Part shown: piece by piece, positions 1 to 13,399 of the stretch | Layout of the letters: each line of letters starts with the position of its first letter | How positions within the stretch are numbered: position 1 is the stretch's first letter | From: Balanoglossus misakiensis | Lineage: Eukaryota; Animalia; Hemichordata | NCBI GenBank assembly: GCA_040954595.2 | Contig: CM082579.2 | Span: 10,343,625-10,407,624, forward strand | Length of the DNA: 64,000 nucleotides | Direction of reading: 5' to 3' | The notes under the pieces: generated by a model | Database searches by the model: none | What the model saw: only the letters and a program-made list of their open reading frames with translations | What the model was told of the DNA's origin: nothing | Position numbers and translations under genes: made by a program

Positions 1-27
1 AATTCTTGTATGATATTTAGCGTATTT

Positions 28-240
28 ACTGTAAAGCACTTTATTTTTGCGAGCAATAAATTTTCGCGAAATACGCGAGAGCCAAAATAGCGTGAAAATA
101 AAAAGTCGCGTAATTTTTTGTGTGTGCTGATAACGATGCAGTAAATGAAATAGGAGAAGGCGAAAATAAATACTCGCAAAACAGTGGCCTCTCTCGATGT
201 CGCGAAAATTTCAACTCGCGAAAATAAAGTGTTTTACAGT
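28..240. mobile_element. Non-autonomous TIR element (MITE), copy 1
   Basis: Termini ACTGTAAAGCACTTTATTTTTGCGAG ... CTCGCGAAAATAAAGTGTTTTACAGT are inverted repeats; a near-identical copy lies in opposite orientation at 1331-1527. Confidence 0.85.
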
Positions 241-436
241 TTTTGTAGGCAAGGTTGTACCATTTACAGGTATTTCTTTTCTCCATACAAGCAATTGTGT
301 TAAAACTGCACTGTAATAATTGATCAGAATTGCTGGATGTATGAAAACAGCAAATTGGGCTAATTAATTGTATTCCAACCCCAAATGACCAACATTGCAG
401 TGAATAGTCTGACAGCTGGAGATGTTCTAAATTTAC

Positions 437-3400
437 CGAGTTATCAGAAATACCGTACATGTATATCCATTCCCTACCAGCACCCAAGTCTTCAGTGTCT
501 ACAGAAATAACAAAATGCTTACATGACAATATAGGTTAGTCTTCCTTTTGTATAGTGACAGCATAATTGATATTTTTGATGTGTGTTTGGTGAGCTCCCT
601 CTTGAACCCTTTCATATACTACAGCAAGTTCAACAAATTTGACCCCCTAGCACAAAGTAAAAACCTATTTAAGGCAGCCAGAATTATGGGATATTGAATC
701 ATATTGTGACTCAAAAGACAAACGAACTTCGATGAACACTGTCCTTGTATTAACTTTGAATAAAGTTCAGCTCAGGTACATGTGTGTACAATTCATGATT
801 TCACTTGTTATCTTCAAATCAGTGTCTAGACAAAAAATAATACTGTAAACAAAACAAATAATTTATAGTGTAGTCAGACCACACTGCATAATAACAAATA
901 AAATCAACAGGACTGATATTGTGCAGTCTTAAGCTCTTATTTTTGAATGGAACTCAATGAGGCAGATGGCCTAACATATGGACCAAGACTGCACTGAATG
1001 GCACCATTCGATCATAAAACCTTTTCTGGCCAATGTGGATTTCGTACCAGGTAAACTGTCCATTTAATTGACAGGTGATAATTATAAAGGACTACATGTA
1101 TGACCGAACAGATGTTTGTATACTCAGTATAACCTGGTTGACCTATGTTCCGGTATACAGGGTCACTGGCTGTACAGTATAACAATGATGTACATCACTA
1201 TATCGTTAATGTCCATCTACACACACATACATGTATGCACTATTCTCTTCTACTCAGTAAGGGATTTCATAACTGACAGGTCACTATCTCTAACTTTGGT
1301 ATATTTTCAGTGATTTTGTTGTGTTTCATCTACTGTAAAACACTTTATTTTCGCGAGTTGAAATTTTCGCGATACCGAGAGAGGCCATTGTTTCGCGAGT
1401 ATTAATTTTCGCGTTCTCTTATTTCATTCACTGCATCGTTATCTTCAAAAAATAATCACGCGACTTTTTATTTTTACGCTATTTTGGCTCTCGCGTATTC
1501 CTCGCAAAAATAAAGTGTTTTACAGTATTTTCTTGTTGTCCTCCCTACATGTATCGTATCCCAACATGACCCCGTTTCTGCTTACCAGCAAGTCATGTGT
1601 ATATATTGTTAGTGTTACTGTTGACACATGCACTCAAGGCCACCCTGGACTTGAATACAATTTTAAAACAATAACAATATCCATTGTGTACATACATGAA
1701 GGGAGCTGAACAAGAAACCATGACCTGATATTTTGACAGAAAACTGGAACCGAGCACATATGACACATAGATTGGTGCATACATGGGAGGCTAATGAATG
1801 TACATGTACAAATGTGTGAACTTGAACTTGTCCTGTAAACAGCAACGGGGATACCAGCGCAATTTTCAAATTTCAAGGGACATTATATCTGCTGATGATG
1901 GGAATTCAGAAACATTTCTGTATATGTTAACTATGTTAGGAATACTTAGGGATTTAAATTTGACATGCACGATGAGCAGAATTTATTCAAGTTCTTTTTT
2001 TGAGGGGGGGGGGGGCTTAAACTGTCTAGTTCTTTCTTTTTTTCTTCCTTTTTTTGAGGGGGGCGGGCGGTTTGAATGCTAGATCTATAAGAAAACTGGA
2101 TCAAAATTCAATTTGAATATTAATTTTTTTTAAATAGCGTCATACAAAACCTCTACTACACAATTGCATACATGTATATTGTATTGATTGGAAACTACAT
2201 GTGCAGCTGAAATAAATCAAGATGTAAACCATTACATGCAAAGTGTTTTATAGCTATGCACTCAACCCCAAAAGCACTTCAAAATCTTGTAACTTTGTAC
2301 CATGCATCTCGTCTCTCAACACTGAGCAGTGGTGAACAATTCAGCCATCAGGATGCGTTTCTTTGACAGGGGGAATATAGGAAGTGTTTTAAAGGAGGAG
2401 GGTTATACAAATTCTGACAATTGTATAAATTTAGTTTAATTAAAATTTGAATTTTCACAATGGTTAGAGCGTTTTATATTAGCATTTGATGGAGTTGAAA
2501 AGGTTAACAACTACATGTACATGTACATTTAACTACATGTACATCATACATGTTGTGTATGTATTTATAAACAATACACTCTGCATGTGTAAAACTACAA
2601 ATCACTGCACTTGTACATGTATACGAGTGGGTGGGGTGAATAGGGATGGGAGTGGCAATACATCCACCCAACAGATTTACATATTTATGTAACACAGGAA
2701 ATATTATTTCTAAGATAAAAAAAAATCAATGGAGAATAAAAGATTGACCAACTGATAGTAAAACTAAGCAATTCACACATTTTGTTACATTAAACCACAT
2801 TCACTTGTTGCAGAACAGATAAGTATGTAACCAAGGGGGTTTCTTCTCCATTTTAAACTACTGTGAATTGTCATATACATGTATATGCACAATGCAAGTA
2901 GCCCAGTTGGCCATATTTGAGTGTAGCACTCTTATAAATTCAAAATATCATGATCCAACTTGTACATGCATTCCCATATATTGGCCAATAATTAAAACTA
3001 AACACCACTTGGTGAGCACATGAAACAAGCTTCATTGGGTGTGGCATGCATACATGTACATGTACATGTAGGCAGATGTGCCAAAACTACAGATGAAGTC
3101 AACTTTTAAGATATTCGGCTTGAAAAATATCTATTCATAAATATACAAGTACATATTCCAATCAGATGTGTCCAAAAACAGATTTTCTTTAATTAAAGAA
3201 CAAAAAACAAAACCTAAGATTTAAAGACTGTACATGGATGCCAATGTATGATTATGTATTTTACTGACATTACTACAGTGTATTTCCTATTTTCATATCA
3301 TCACTGAAAATTTTGCTGGTACACTTACATTTTGTATATCATCTTATTTCTAAATTCAGTGGTTGCTTATTTACATATTGGCATAATAGGTTCCTAGAAC

Positions 3401-6400
3401 ATGTATGCAAATTGTACGTTGACATCAAGTAAAATATTCAGTTAAGGTCAATCGTTTATCGTTGACCAGTGGGATTTTTGGTTATCCTGATGTGCATGTA
3501 CATTTGTACAGCTTTCAGTAACTAACTTGAACTTACAAATGTCTGAGACAGAGGATATGTTTTTGAATGGTTACTGTGGTCTACATGTAGTGTGTCAGGA
3601 TGAAGGGCAACTCAGTCCAGCCTTTCCCGCACTTGGACAATACTAAGTCATCCAGTAGCTACACATTCTTCCCAACCTTTATAAATAGTTTTTACTTCAT
3701 GCTGGGGGATCCAATAATATCGTAATAATTGAATTGTATAAAGGTGACAAATCACTGTCCACAGCAAGAATTAGCATTTGAAGAAATGTTATAGTACTGT
3801 ATGTAATTGTATTTCAAATATTTTCATGACTTTCTTTGGTCCATTCAAAAAGTTCCATCTTTGCAGTTAAAATATAGAGTTTATTCAACATCATACATTT
3901 GTAGTTGTTATTTCCTTTGCTTCAAAGCTTCAGAATGATGCGACATTACTTTATAAACTTCGATTTGTTCATTAAACAAGGCAAAAATCCACCATCTTGA
4001 AATTGTGTCAAGCATACATGTACGAAATATTTATCACTCATGCAGGTACATGTAGCAAAAAAAAGTGAGAATTGCCCCTGGCAGAGTTCTCTCAAAGAGC
4101 CCCAATTCACTCTTTAAAAAGAATAATGAGTCCATCCTTATTTTTATCACACATTTCCGACTGTGATTGATAAAAAAATAATTATTTGAGGAAATAAAAC
4201 AAGTTATTTGAGGAATATAATAGTACCAGCCCGCTCATAAAATCTGCCAGCTTGTGAGATTTGGGGTGTGGCTTGCGTGGTCCGAATATTGCAACTCCAT
4301 GTCAAAATGAACAAATGATGCATTGTAAGACACAGAAAATAGTGTGATGCCAAACATCACTGCTTCCCTTTTTATTCATGTTACATGTTTTGAAGGTGTC
4401 TAAAATATAGTTGTGATCCTTTTCAACATTACATCACATAAGGTAGGGACATTCATGTACCAGTAGCAACACCTCAGACTGATTCAGAACTTCATCCTTA
4501 AAATTAATTCTTATTACTATGTAATTTATTTAAATATTAAGGGATGCTACTTAAAAATCAGTTCACATACATGTAAACCAAAACACACTTATTTTTGTGT
4601 CTAATAAATAAACAACAATGGATGGTTTATGGTACAACCCACTAAACACAAATATTGCAATTCATGTACATGTAAGTACATGTACATGCAAATTGGATTC
4701 TTTATTAATTCTACTTGTGCAGTGTGAGGTGACCACCAAACCCAGTTCTAGGTGTAGAACCACTGCTCCCTGGGGACTACATGTATGGACTGTGAAATGC
4801 TATCTGTACATGTAGGCTCAACACATTGGTTATAATTAATTACATGTCACTTTTACGAAATATCATGTAGCAGAGACAAGTTTCTGAAGCGTAATGTAGT
4901 GTACCATTCATACATAACATGTAGTAAATGTACAGCAGACATGAAATTCTCTTTTTTCAGTACTGACAAAATTAATAGTTCATAAAAGTTAAAACTAACA
5001 GTTATTACAATAATTATCAATTCAGAATTGATAATTAAAAACTGGATAAGTAAATAGATAAGGTGCAGTATATAGACAGGGTTTGGTGTAAACAGGTTGT
5101 TCCATAAATATTATACTAATACATTGTGATGATGACTTAAGTTTAAGTACATGTATATGTATGTGGCACGTATGCAACTTTACTAGACTAGGAGAGAATA
5201 GATATCCATATAAGTACAGGAAATAACCATTCAGATTCATATAATTATTAATAATATTAATACCTGGTAAGTGATAATATGCTAAATGCGACAGGAAGAA
5301 ATTTATCTTTGATCATAAAGACTAATTTCCATGATTCATAATCTCTCCATCACACTGCAGTGTATTTTTATCCTCGCTTATAATACAATACAGTTTCTGA
5401 CAACAATGGCTCTCTCTATTCTGAGAGAAATATTTAGTGGCACAATTTCAGTAACAGGTTTTGATACTTTCTCTTCAAAACTCCATACAATCATTGTGTG
5501 TGTGCTGTATGGCAAGTGCTACAAGCTGCTACATGTACATGTACCAATGGATTCCACTAAAAGGTCAGCATCATCTACACATACATGTAAGGTTCTTTTT
5601 TGCACTGATGCATTTTATAATTGTATAAAAAGGGATAGTTTCTGTAACTTTTGCCTACTTGGACAACATTTCTTTTTCTACCTTCCTACAACTGTTTTGA
5701 AAATGGAAGAAGTTCATCATGGATATGGTCTTTAACCAGAACAAGTAAGATGTCCTGGTCAGAATGCCTCATTCAGAGATGAATTTACCTTATTTTTCAA
5801 ATTTTAGGTTGTATACATAAAATTATCATATTTGTGGAAAGTCACTGTATGTCCTGGAATATGATATTTTAGTCACCTGTGATTTAATCAAACACACTGT
5901 ACATGTATAATCACTAATATTATCAATCATGAAATATCAACAGCATCATGACAATGAACTTTTGTATATCAAATTCAGAATAAGATCTACCAGAGTACTA
6001 ACTTACACAAATTGCTGCAAACTCTGCATACATGTAACAGAATTCTTTGACCTCTGTTTTTCTAAAATCTTCCAGAAAAATGACAAATAATGTAGTGAGC
6101 CTGGATGTGTTTATCTTGACACCAAAACGTTGCGAGTTGTCAGTGATGAAGGAGCTGCTCTCTATTCGCCTGAAGGTTTTGCACAGTGGTGGTTCAATGA
6201 CGCACTTTGATACACGTCATCCAACTATTCACATACAATTGTATATATGCCTGTGGATAGGACGATTTGGAAGATTGTGAATCCACCACATTATTGATGA
6301 TTTTTTTCATTGAATTTCACTGGAACTGTGTTGATACATTCATGTGTATTGTGTGTGCCTGTGCATGTATGTATGAGCGGACTTTATATATTCAAAGAGA

Positions 6401-9400
6401 TTTATGAATAATTTTTCAATCCTGAAAGATCTTTCTGCTTGGTGTTTGTTGTAGCATTTACTTTGCTGTATGCTTTTCCTAACGAGTACATGTAACATTC
6501 ACATGTGTTTCTTCTCCCCCTTTTATTCATGAATAACGGGCAACTTGGTCATACATACCCCGGTATTAGTGGGTTCACATCAGAACATTTGTGCTGGCCC
6601 TGCACAAGTGTAGACTAAGGGTTTGAGTTGGCTCAAAACAACCAATGTTTGTCAACATGGTTTGCACTGTCACATACAATCATTGAATCACACAATGTAC
6701 AGAGGCTGGGTGATATCGCCTGATGTGGCCACGAAAAGGGATGTGAGAATTTCATTAAGGCTAAATGCTTTCAGTGATTAACAATGTGTCAGTCTACATC
6801 CTGACACCAAGACAGCACAGTTCCTCATTGCACTTGTGCACACGTCTGCTGCCCTGCCAATCAACATTGGACATTCATGTACATGAACAGGAACTGCCAC
6901 TGCCTGCCACGTTTTACAATGCCTGGGTTCACGATCTCTCAGCTCTCAAATTTTATGATGGTCACAAAATTACATCAATTTCAACATTTTCAAACTCATT
7001 AATTATTAATAAATAATTACTCTCCAAAAATACTAGATTAACTATAGAGTGCACTAATATCACACTATTTACGGGTAGTTAATGTGTAGGGTCTATGTGT
7101 GTACTTACAATAAAATGACTAAACTTGAAGATGACTTTATACAGCCAAATACTGTTCATTTGGACAGGATCTATGGTATAATACACTACCAGTAAACATT
7201 CTCTCCCCCCCCACGGGTGGGGGGATGGGGGCAATTCTGGATAAGGCTCAAAGATGCCAAAAGAAGATCATCTACATACTGACAAGGGATGGACAGATAG
7301 CACACAAAAACCAGATACATTAAAGTTTAAGGCACCAACATACTATAATACAGACACTGTAGCACCAATATCATGAGGTCCTTTTGTTCAAGAATTATGG
7401 GACAAAGCCACAAATTTAGCGAAACACAAGAAAAGGACTTTCTCAAACATGACACAAACTGGCAAAGAACACAAAGCTCATCATGACTGGTATACATGTA
7501 TTAAACATGATCACAAAAATTCCATAATAAAAAAAAAGTTATGTTTGGTCACACCAGCCCTTGTTTACCCGGTAATGCTTTTATCAATTAAGTAAAAATT
7601 GGAAGCCTTCATTTGAATTATGTTATCAATAGTATCATGCAATCAACTGCAAACAAAAGAAATTAATTAAAACTATCGTCTACATCCCTTAAGTATCACA
7701 GGTTTTGAAGATTTACATGTACCAGGCAGAGAGTCCATAATTGGAGATTTAAAAGCAGCAGCACAAGTGAAACTGCCACCCGTCACAATTTACTTTTACT
7801 TCTGAAAACACACAGTGATATCAAAGCATGTACCTATGCCACGTCCATGCCACATGTCTCACGTTTACAATTTGCCAGAGTGATATCGTTACTAAATGCA
7901 GGCTAAGCCTAAAAACTGGACAGGCATACAGGCATATCAGCACCACTTGTCCCCTCAATCAATCAAGCACTGGATGTACCATAACAGTGTGACAATCACA
8001 ATGCTTTACAATAGTGAATGCTTTGTGTTCCATAGTAAAGCTACTTTCACTTAAAATAAAAAGCCACTTGACTTGTACCCTCTCTATAGGGCTACTCGAA
8101 CTAGCAATACTTGGTACAGTTTAAAAGATTTCTGAGTAATATATAATATAAGTTTTGCCATATATAATTGTATACATGATGTACATGGTATGTACATGTA
8201 CAAGCAGCATGCACAATCATCTTTCATACCAATAATTTGAGTAAATTCCAATCACAGAAAGAAATCTCTTCCCAGATAAGGTACATGTAAAATTATCATC
8301 TTCTGTGGCCAAGACAAGCCTACACATATCAGCTGAACGTTCTTGATCACCAGAAATACAGCAAATTTGGGATTGTGAGAGTCCATATTTTTTTGACTTC
8401 ATAGTGTTTTCTTCTACACATATTTGTTATTCATTTAACTTGTAATTTATCATTGCTGACAGGCTAAATACCATATTGTTGAAAACCTCAATGTCTGCCT
8501 AGCAAATTAATATTGCCACATACCAATCTGCTCCTTATCCTTCACCGAAGGAAGGTTCACGACAATTTTGAGTTTGTGGAGATTGTAATGTGTAACAGTA
8601 TGTAACTTCTGCTGCATTGAAATCAAAATAATTTGAGGTACTTGAACTTTGCCCTATATTGAAAATCAGAAGAACCCTTACATTACATGTAATGATGTAC
8701 AATATGTGTACTCTGTACAAATACAAAACGTTACCAGCTGTGAAAAACCCAGGAAATGTTGCTGTGATTTTTACGACCAAATACGTTCCAATGCCTGAGA
8801 CTCTGTACAATACAGTAATGCCAGGGATCACAGTGGAGGGACAGTGAAGTGGATTGAATTGAAAATGCTGGTATAAATTTATTGAATTAGAGCTGTTGAC
8901 AGTGTTGCAGCCACCTGTTTGAATAACTGTCACACACTTACTTCACTGACCAGTGCATAGCCACTGCTTAATTTACAGAGTGGAAGAAATCACTATATTG
9001 CATCATAAACATACTAAATCAGTCTTGTTCCTGCAAACAGTAAGTACCAACACGTCTATATGTGCTGCAAGGGAAAAAAATCATATATGGCTGTCCATAT
9101 GCTCTGCTTTATATACTTTTGTGTCTATATTTATCAATACATGACTCACAGACCTTGCCGAAATGTAAACAAATGATATCCTGCATGATAAATATTAGTA
9201 GCCTTTTAGGTATTCTACACAAGTGAAGTTTGAAATCCAATTTACATAGATAAGATCTATGGCACAACAAATGCACATCAACCTGGATAATTCACAGTTT
9301 AAGTTAAATCAACACTTTTAGTTAAAATAACATTCTCGCTTGATAGAGAAATGAAGGTTGTGTGCAAGGACGGGCGACAATTTGTAAGTGCAAGTTGAGC

Positions 9401-10014
9401 ATATGTATATTTCAGGATGAATTGACCAATGACCAATGAATGAAATATACATCCCTTATTTCTGGAAATGCATGTATTGTTGTTGTTGTTGTTGTTGTTG
9501 TTGTTACAGATTGAGTGGGTTGTTTTGGAGTTGTTTTTCAATCAAGCAAAAGAAGCTGTCAATTTGTCAAACTGTTAGCCGTGACCGAACGGTTTGGGCG
9601 ATTGCGCAAACTCGATGTCAATAAAAATCTGACAACAGTTACAGATACATGTACCCATCGACCCAGTATCAGCCTATTTTTTACAAACGTCCCGGAACTA
9701 CAATGTACACTGAAGCACGTACGTACATCTCCCGAGTTTTGAACCACCACTTCCGGCCATTCATTTGGCCATGCATGCATCAAATGACTAGTCTGCGTAC
9801 CGAGAAAGTATGATACCAAAACGGAAGGGTGCCGTTCATGAGAGTTCGCGGTCTTACCTGGAACAGCTAAGGCCGTCGACGGTCGTGTTTTGTCGGCTGA
9901 CTGCCTTCCCGATGATGCGGTAGAGCTCCGCGGCCACACAACAACAACAACGATGACAACACACAGAACGGGAATCAACTTCATGGGAGCTGTTCGGCAG
10001 CAAAGTCCAACCAT
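437..10014 (-). CDS. 5' part of an unidentified secreted or membrane protein gene (continues beyond position 1)
   Basis: Exon 1 10014-9858 reads MVGLCCRTAPMKLIPVLCVVIVVVVVWPRSSTASSGRQ...ALAVP (hydrophobic signal peptide) and ends at CAG|GTAAG, phase 1. Candidate exon 2 498-437 (TTATTTCTGTAG| ... TCG|GTAAAT) continues in frame as DTEDLGAGREWIYMYGISDNS. Exon 1 is in a CpG-rich region divergent from SRA1. Exon 2 is less certain. Confidence 0.6.
1331..1527. mobile_element. MITE, copy 2, TA-flanked (Tc1/mariner-pogo type)
   Basis: TACTGTAAAACACTTTATTTTCGCGAG ... CTCGCAAAAATAAAGTGTTTTACAGTA; reverse complement of 28-240. Confidence 0.85.
9477..9505. repeat. (TTG)n microsatellite
   Basis: About 9-10 TTG units; explains the poly-N and poly-C ORFs in the track. 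Confidence 0.95.
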
Positions 10015-10534
10015 GACAGAAGTGAAGTCACGGCCTAGTCAGATTCCGGTTTTGAGTTCACCATATTATATACGGCGGCTACGATCGCATTTGACATGAA
10101 AATGACCTCCGACGATGAAACCAGACGACGACAATTACACACACAACCCAGGCGGTACGGGGATGCAATCTTGACTGAACAGTACATTCAACACCATTGG
10201 ACGCTGTTGGGAAACTTGGTCACACCTCCCCCTGAAAAGTCAAGACCTTTGCAATAAATAACATGGTATGACACTCTGTATTCCAGTCGAATTATTGAAC
10301 TAGTATGACTATAATGTTAAAATTTAAAATTAATACATAAATCTTAAACTTTCGCGGCTAAGTATTTTAAGGACGCGATAATATAAATATTACCCGGTGG
10401 GTAGTGACAGGACAGGGTAAGTGTCAGAGTCTGGACTAAATTTCAAACCGACGGACTCTGCGTAGATCTGGCGCTCACTGATTGGCTTTATTTTGATCAT
10501 GTGACTGTTAGTCACCTGATCAATTGAACGAAAA
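10015..10534. promoter_or_regulatory. Bidirectional promoter/5'UTRs between the unidentified gene (-) and SRA1 (+)
   Basis: Start codons ~520 bp apart, head-to-head; local CpG retention; reverse CCAAT (ATTGG) at ~10481; YY1-like AAAATGGCG over the SRA1 ATG. Confidence 0.6.
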
Positions 10535-13399
10535 ATGGCGACTCTCAAGCCGGGTGAGTTGGCACTTGTTTGTATTACAGAAAGTATTTGAAACTTGTAT
10601 TTGTAAGTCGCGTGGTTAAAATTACGAACATATCTCACGGTTTTAATACGTTTTCTTATCTTGTAGAGAGATTATTACCGTTGTGATCAAATTAAAATAT
10701 TGACTTCTAGCCTTTCTGGACAAACTGGGTTACGTCCATGGGTAGCTGCAATAATTGTAGCTCTTGTTTTTTTTCTGTTGGGTATATCGTCAAAATGTCA
10801 AAAGAAGGCATAGATATCGTCAAAATGCCAAAAGAAGGCGGAAAACGCTACAGTTACTGCAGTTAGTCCATGGGTAGTCGAATGTGCACTCAAGGAGTCA
10901 AACACCAAAAACAACAGGAGCGAGTTATCTGCAACGATTGTAGCTTTTACCGTGAATCGTACGCATTACAGAAACACGTATTTACCGGCCAACTGACCGT
11001 TATTTTGAGGCAATTTTTCAGACATAGGGGAGGTGACCACAAAGAGGTGTGAATCACTGGGGTCGAAGTGACCCGTTAGCCGTTTGTTGACAAGTTAGAA
11101 TCAGGGTATATTCAACAGTGAGTTAGGGATGATGTACATTAATAATTATTTTGTGAATGTATACTAAGATTTCTGTTGTGGAATAAATCAATTTGCAGGT
11201 AATCCAGAAAGAGGGTGGAATGATCCGCCAATGTTTTCATACAATGTTGAAAGTACATCACAGAAGTCACCCAGAAGAAATCTACTGAACAAAAGGGTTG
11301 GACATGACCTCACAGCCTTGACTTCAAAGCAAACAGGTAAGTTACATGCATATGAAATTGTAGTAAAATAATACAGAATACAGTGTAAAGAACAAGTTTA
11401 GTGAACCTTCTCTTGTAATTTTCTTTGAGTTTGGCTTTTGTAGGTAAGACTTTGATACATAGTGGTACAGATGTCAAACACAATTTCTTGTGTAGCGTGA
11501 TTGATCTATTTTGTTGGTCCCTGTGGAGTGGAGTCCAGGAGGGGGTCTTACATATGAATTGGTCACGGTGTCTGCACATCTGTAGTGCATCATCTGGAGC
11601 CATTACCTCAAGTGCCTGAACTAATTTAATTCTACATGTAATTTGGTACATGTACAAGCACAATTTACCAGGTACCACTACCAGTATACATTGTATATTC
11701 ATGTCACTTGTTTCTAGGCACTCAAAAAGTACCAACAGGAGCACCTTCACCATCTGGTCCACCACTGATGGGTCCAACTGCAGCTCCTCCACCATCACTG
11801 TCAGACTCTATTACAACTACTGAAGTAAAAGAAGAGCCAAGTAAACTCGAAACCTGCGCTTCAGATGGAAGCCAAATTTCTGATATACAGGGAGATTGCC
11901 TCTTAAAATTCAAGGAAGGTTTAAGAAGAATTGAAAAGTTAGTTCCTGTAAGTACCTACACACACACACACACTTTATATACATTTATGTATGTACATGT
12001 ATGAAGAATGAACAAAAATGTTTGGTACTATCCTCAATGTTGCATGTCTCAGACATTACCAATGATAAACTTGAATTGTGTTTTCTCCATTGTACAAATG
12101 TATTTCGTGTGCAATAAGTCAAGATAAAAATGCAGTCTGAGTTTCATTTTTTGTACTGGTATTCTCAGTACAGACATTTCACAAGTGACTTATACCCATG
12201 ACCGTTTCTCATCATTGATAGACAAAAGTTTCAGAAGACATCACTCGCAAGTTGGCGATACTTTCAGAGATGTGGGAAAAGAACAAATTGTCCTTGCCTG
12301 TACAGAGGAAAACACTGGAATTAGCAACAGGTAAGTCCTCTTCAGAGCAGCTGTAAACACAGAATTCGTCACCTGATGGTTTGACAGATTAGCATAGAAA
12401 GAAATGTTTCTTGATACTCAGTAAGCTCTGGCAAAGTTTGCAGAGAGAAGATTAACAAGCATCATTGTACCATCCAATGGAACCAAATTGTGACTTTTTT
12501 TCCACCAAAGGTCACGGGTCAAGAAGCACCACCCCCATCAATTAAGCACCACCCCCATCAATTCAAATTGCACATCTTTCATGAAGTACTAAAAGTTTCG
12601 GAGGTTGCCTAAAAGTAACTTTTTTTCTGAAAACCAAAGCCTCATACCCAGGATCAGAAAACTTGAAAGAATGTTCACAATTTCTTATGAAAATAATCAC
12701 ATCTTCTGTTATAAAAGGATGTCTGGACAATTTATAAAATGATTTCTCAAACTGTGTGGCATGAAACGGTTGAGTTTTCTTTTTTCAAATTATACCACTA
12801 GATGTTGGATTGCCAAAACACTATGCCCCTTGAAACGAGAGGCATTCAGTGAACTTATGTTGTGTTTTACTTTGTCCAGTTAACACAATATGAATGTGCT
12901 AGACACATGAATCAGCAAACTTTACTGAATGGGCTCTAAAATCGGCAGAAGGACTAACCCTTCATTTCATTATCCTTTGACTTTTTTCAGCTCTATCCAA
13001 TTCAGACTGTGATGAGGCCCATGAAATACACATAGCATTAATGGTTGATCACGTTTCTGAGGTATGTACTATGACAGTGATAATGATAGTTTTAATAGCA
13101 CTCTTTGATTGTAGAAAACCAACCAACACCCCTTTGAATACTTTGTGGTCACCTTTATGAACATTTCATGTTTCCTTTAGGTATCACAACTTCTTGAATT
13201 TTATTTTCTTGAAATTTTATCCTAATTACTGTGCTTTTTACTTTTCCAATGAATATGTATTAAGGTGAGTCAGTGGATGGTTGGAATCAAAAGATTGATT
13301 CTAGAAACTAGAAAATTACCACAGCCGGAACCAGATGTTAACGAAGAAAGTGGAGATGCTGGAAATTCATTGCAAGATTCCAGGGAGGGTAGTGATTAA
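10535..13399 (+). CDS. SRA1: Steroid receptor RNA activator 1 protein (SRAP)
   Basis: Exons 10535-10553, 11199-11336, 11718-11947, 12222-12330, 12991-13061, 13265-13399, all GT-AG and phase-consistent. Protein MATLKPGNPERGWNDPPMFSY...DITRKLAILSEMWEKNKLSLPVQ...[27 protein letters not shown] has the SRA1 GWNDPP and C-terminal SRA1/Sec31 motifs. Confidence 0.95.

Noticed and set aside
41-9300. Many 60-160 aa ORFs rich in TCTC/HVHV/YMYM
   Set aside because: Translations of TACATG repeats, MITEs and intronic sequence, often with non-ATG starts; only 498-437 has good splice context.
9299-9624. Poly-Asn and poly-Cys ORFs
   Set aside because: Product of the (TTG)n microsatellite.
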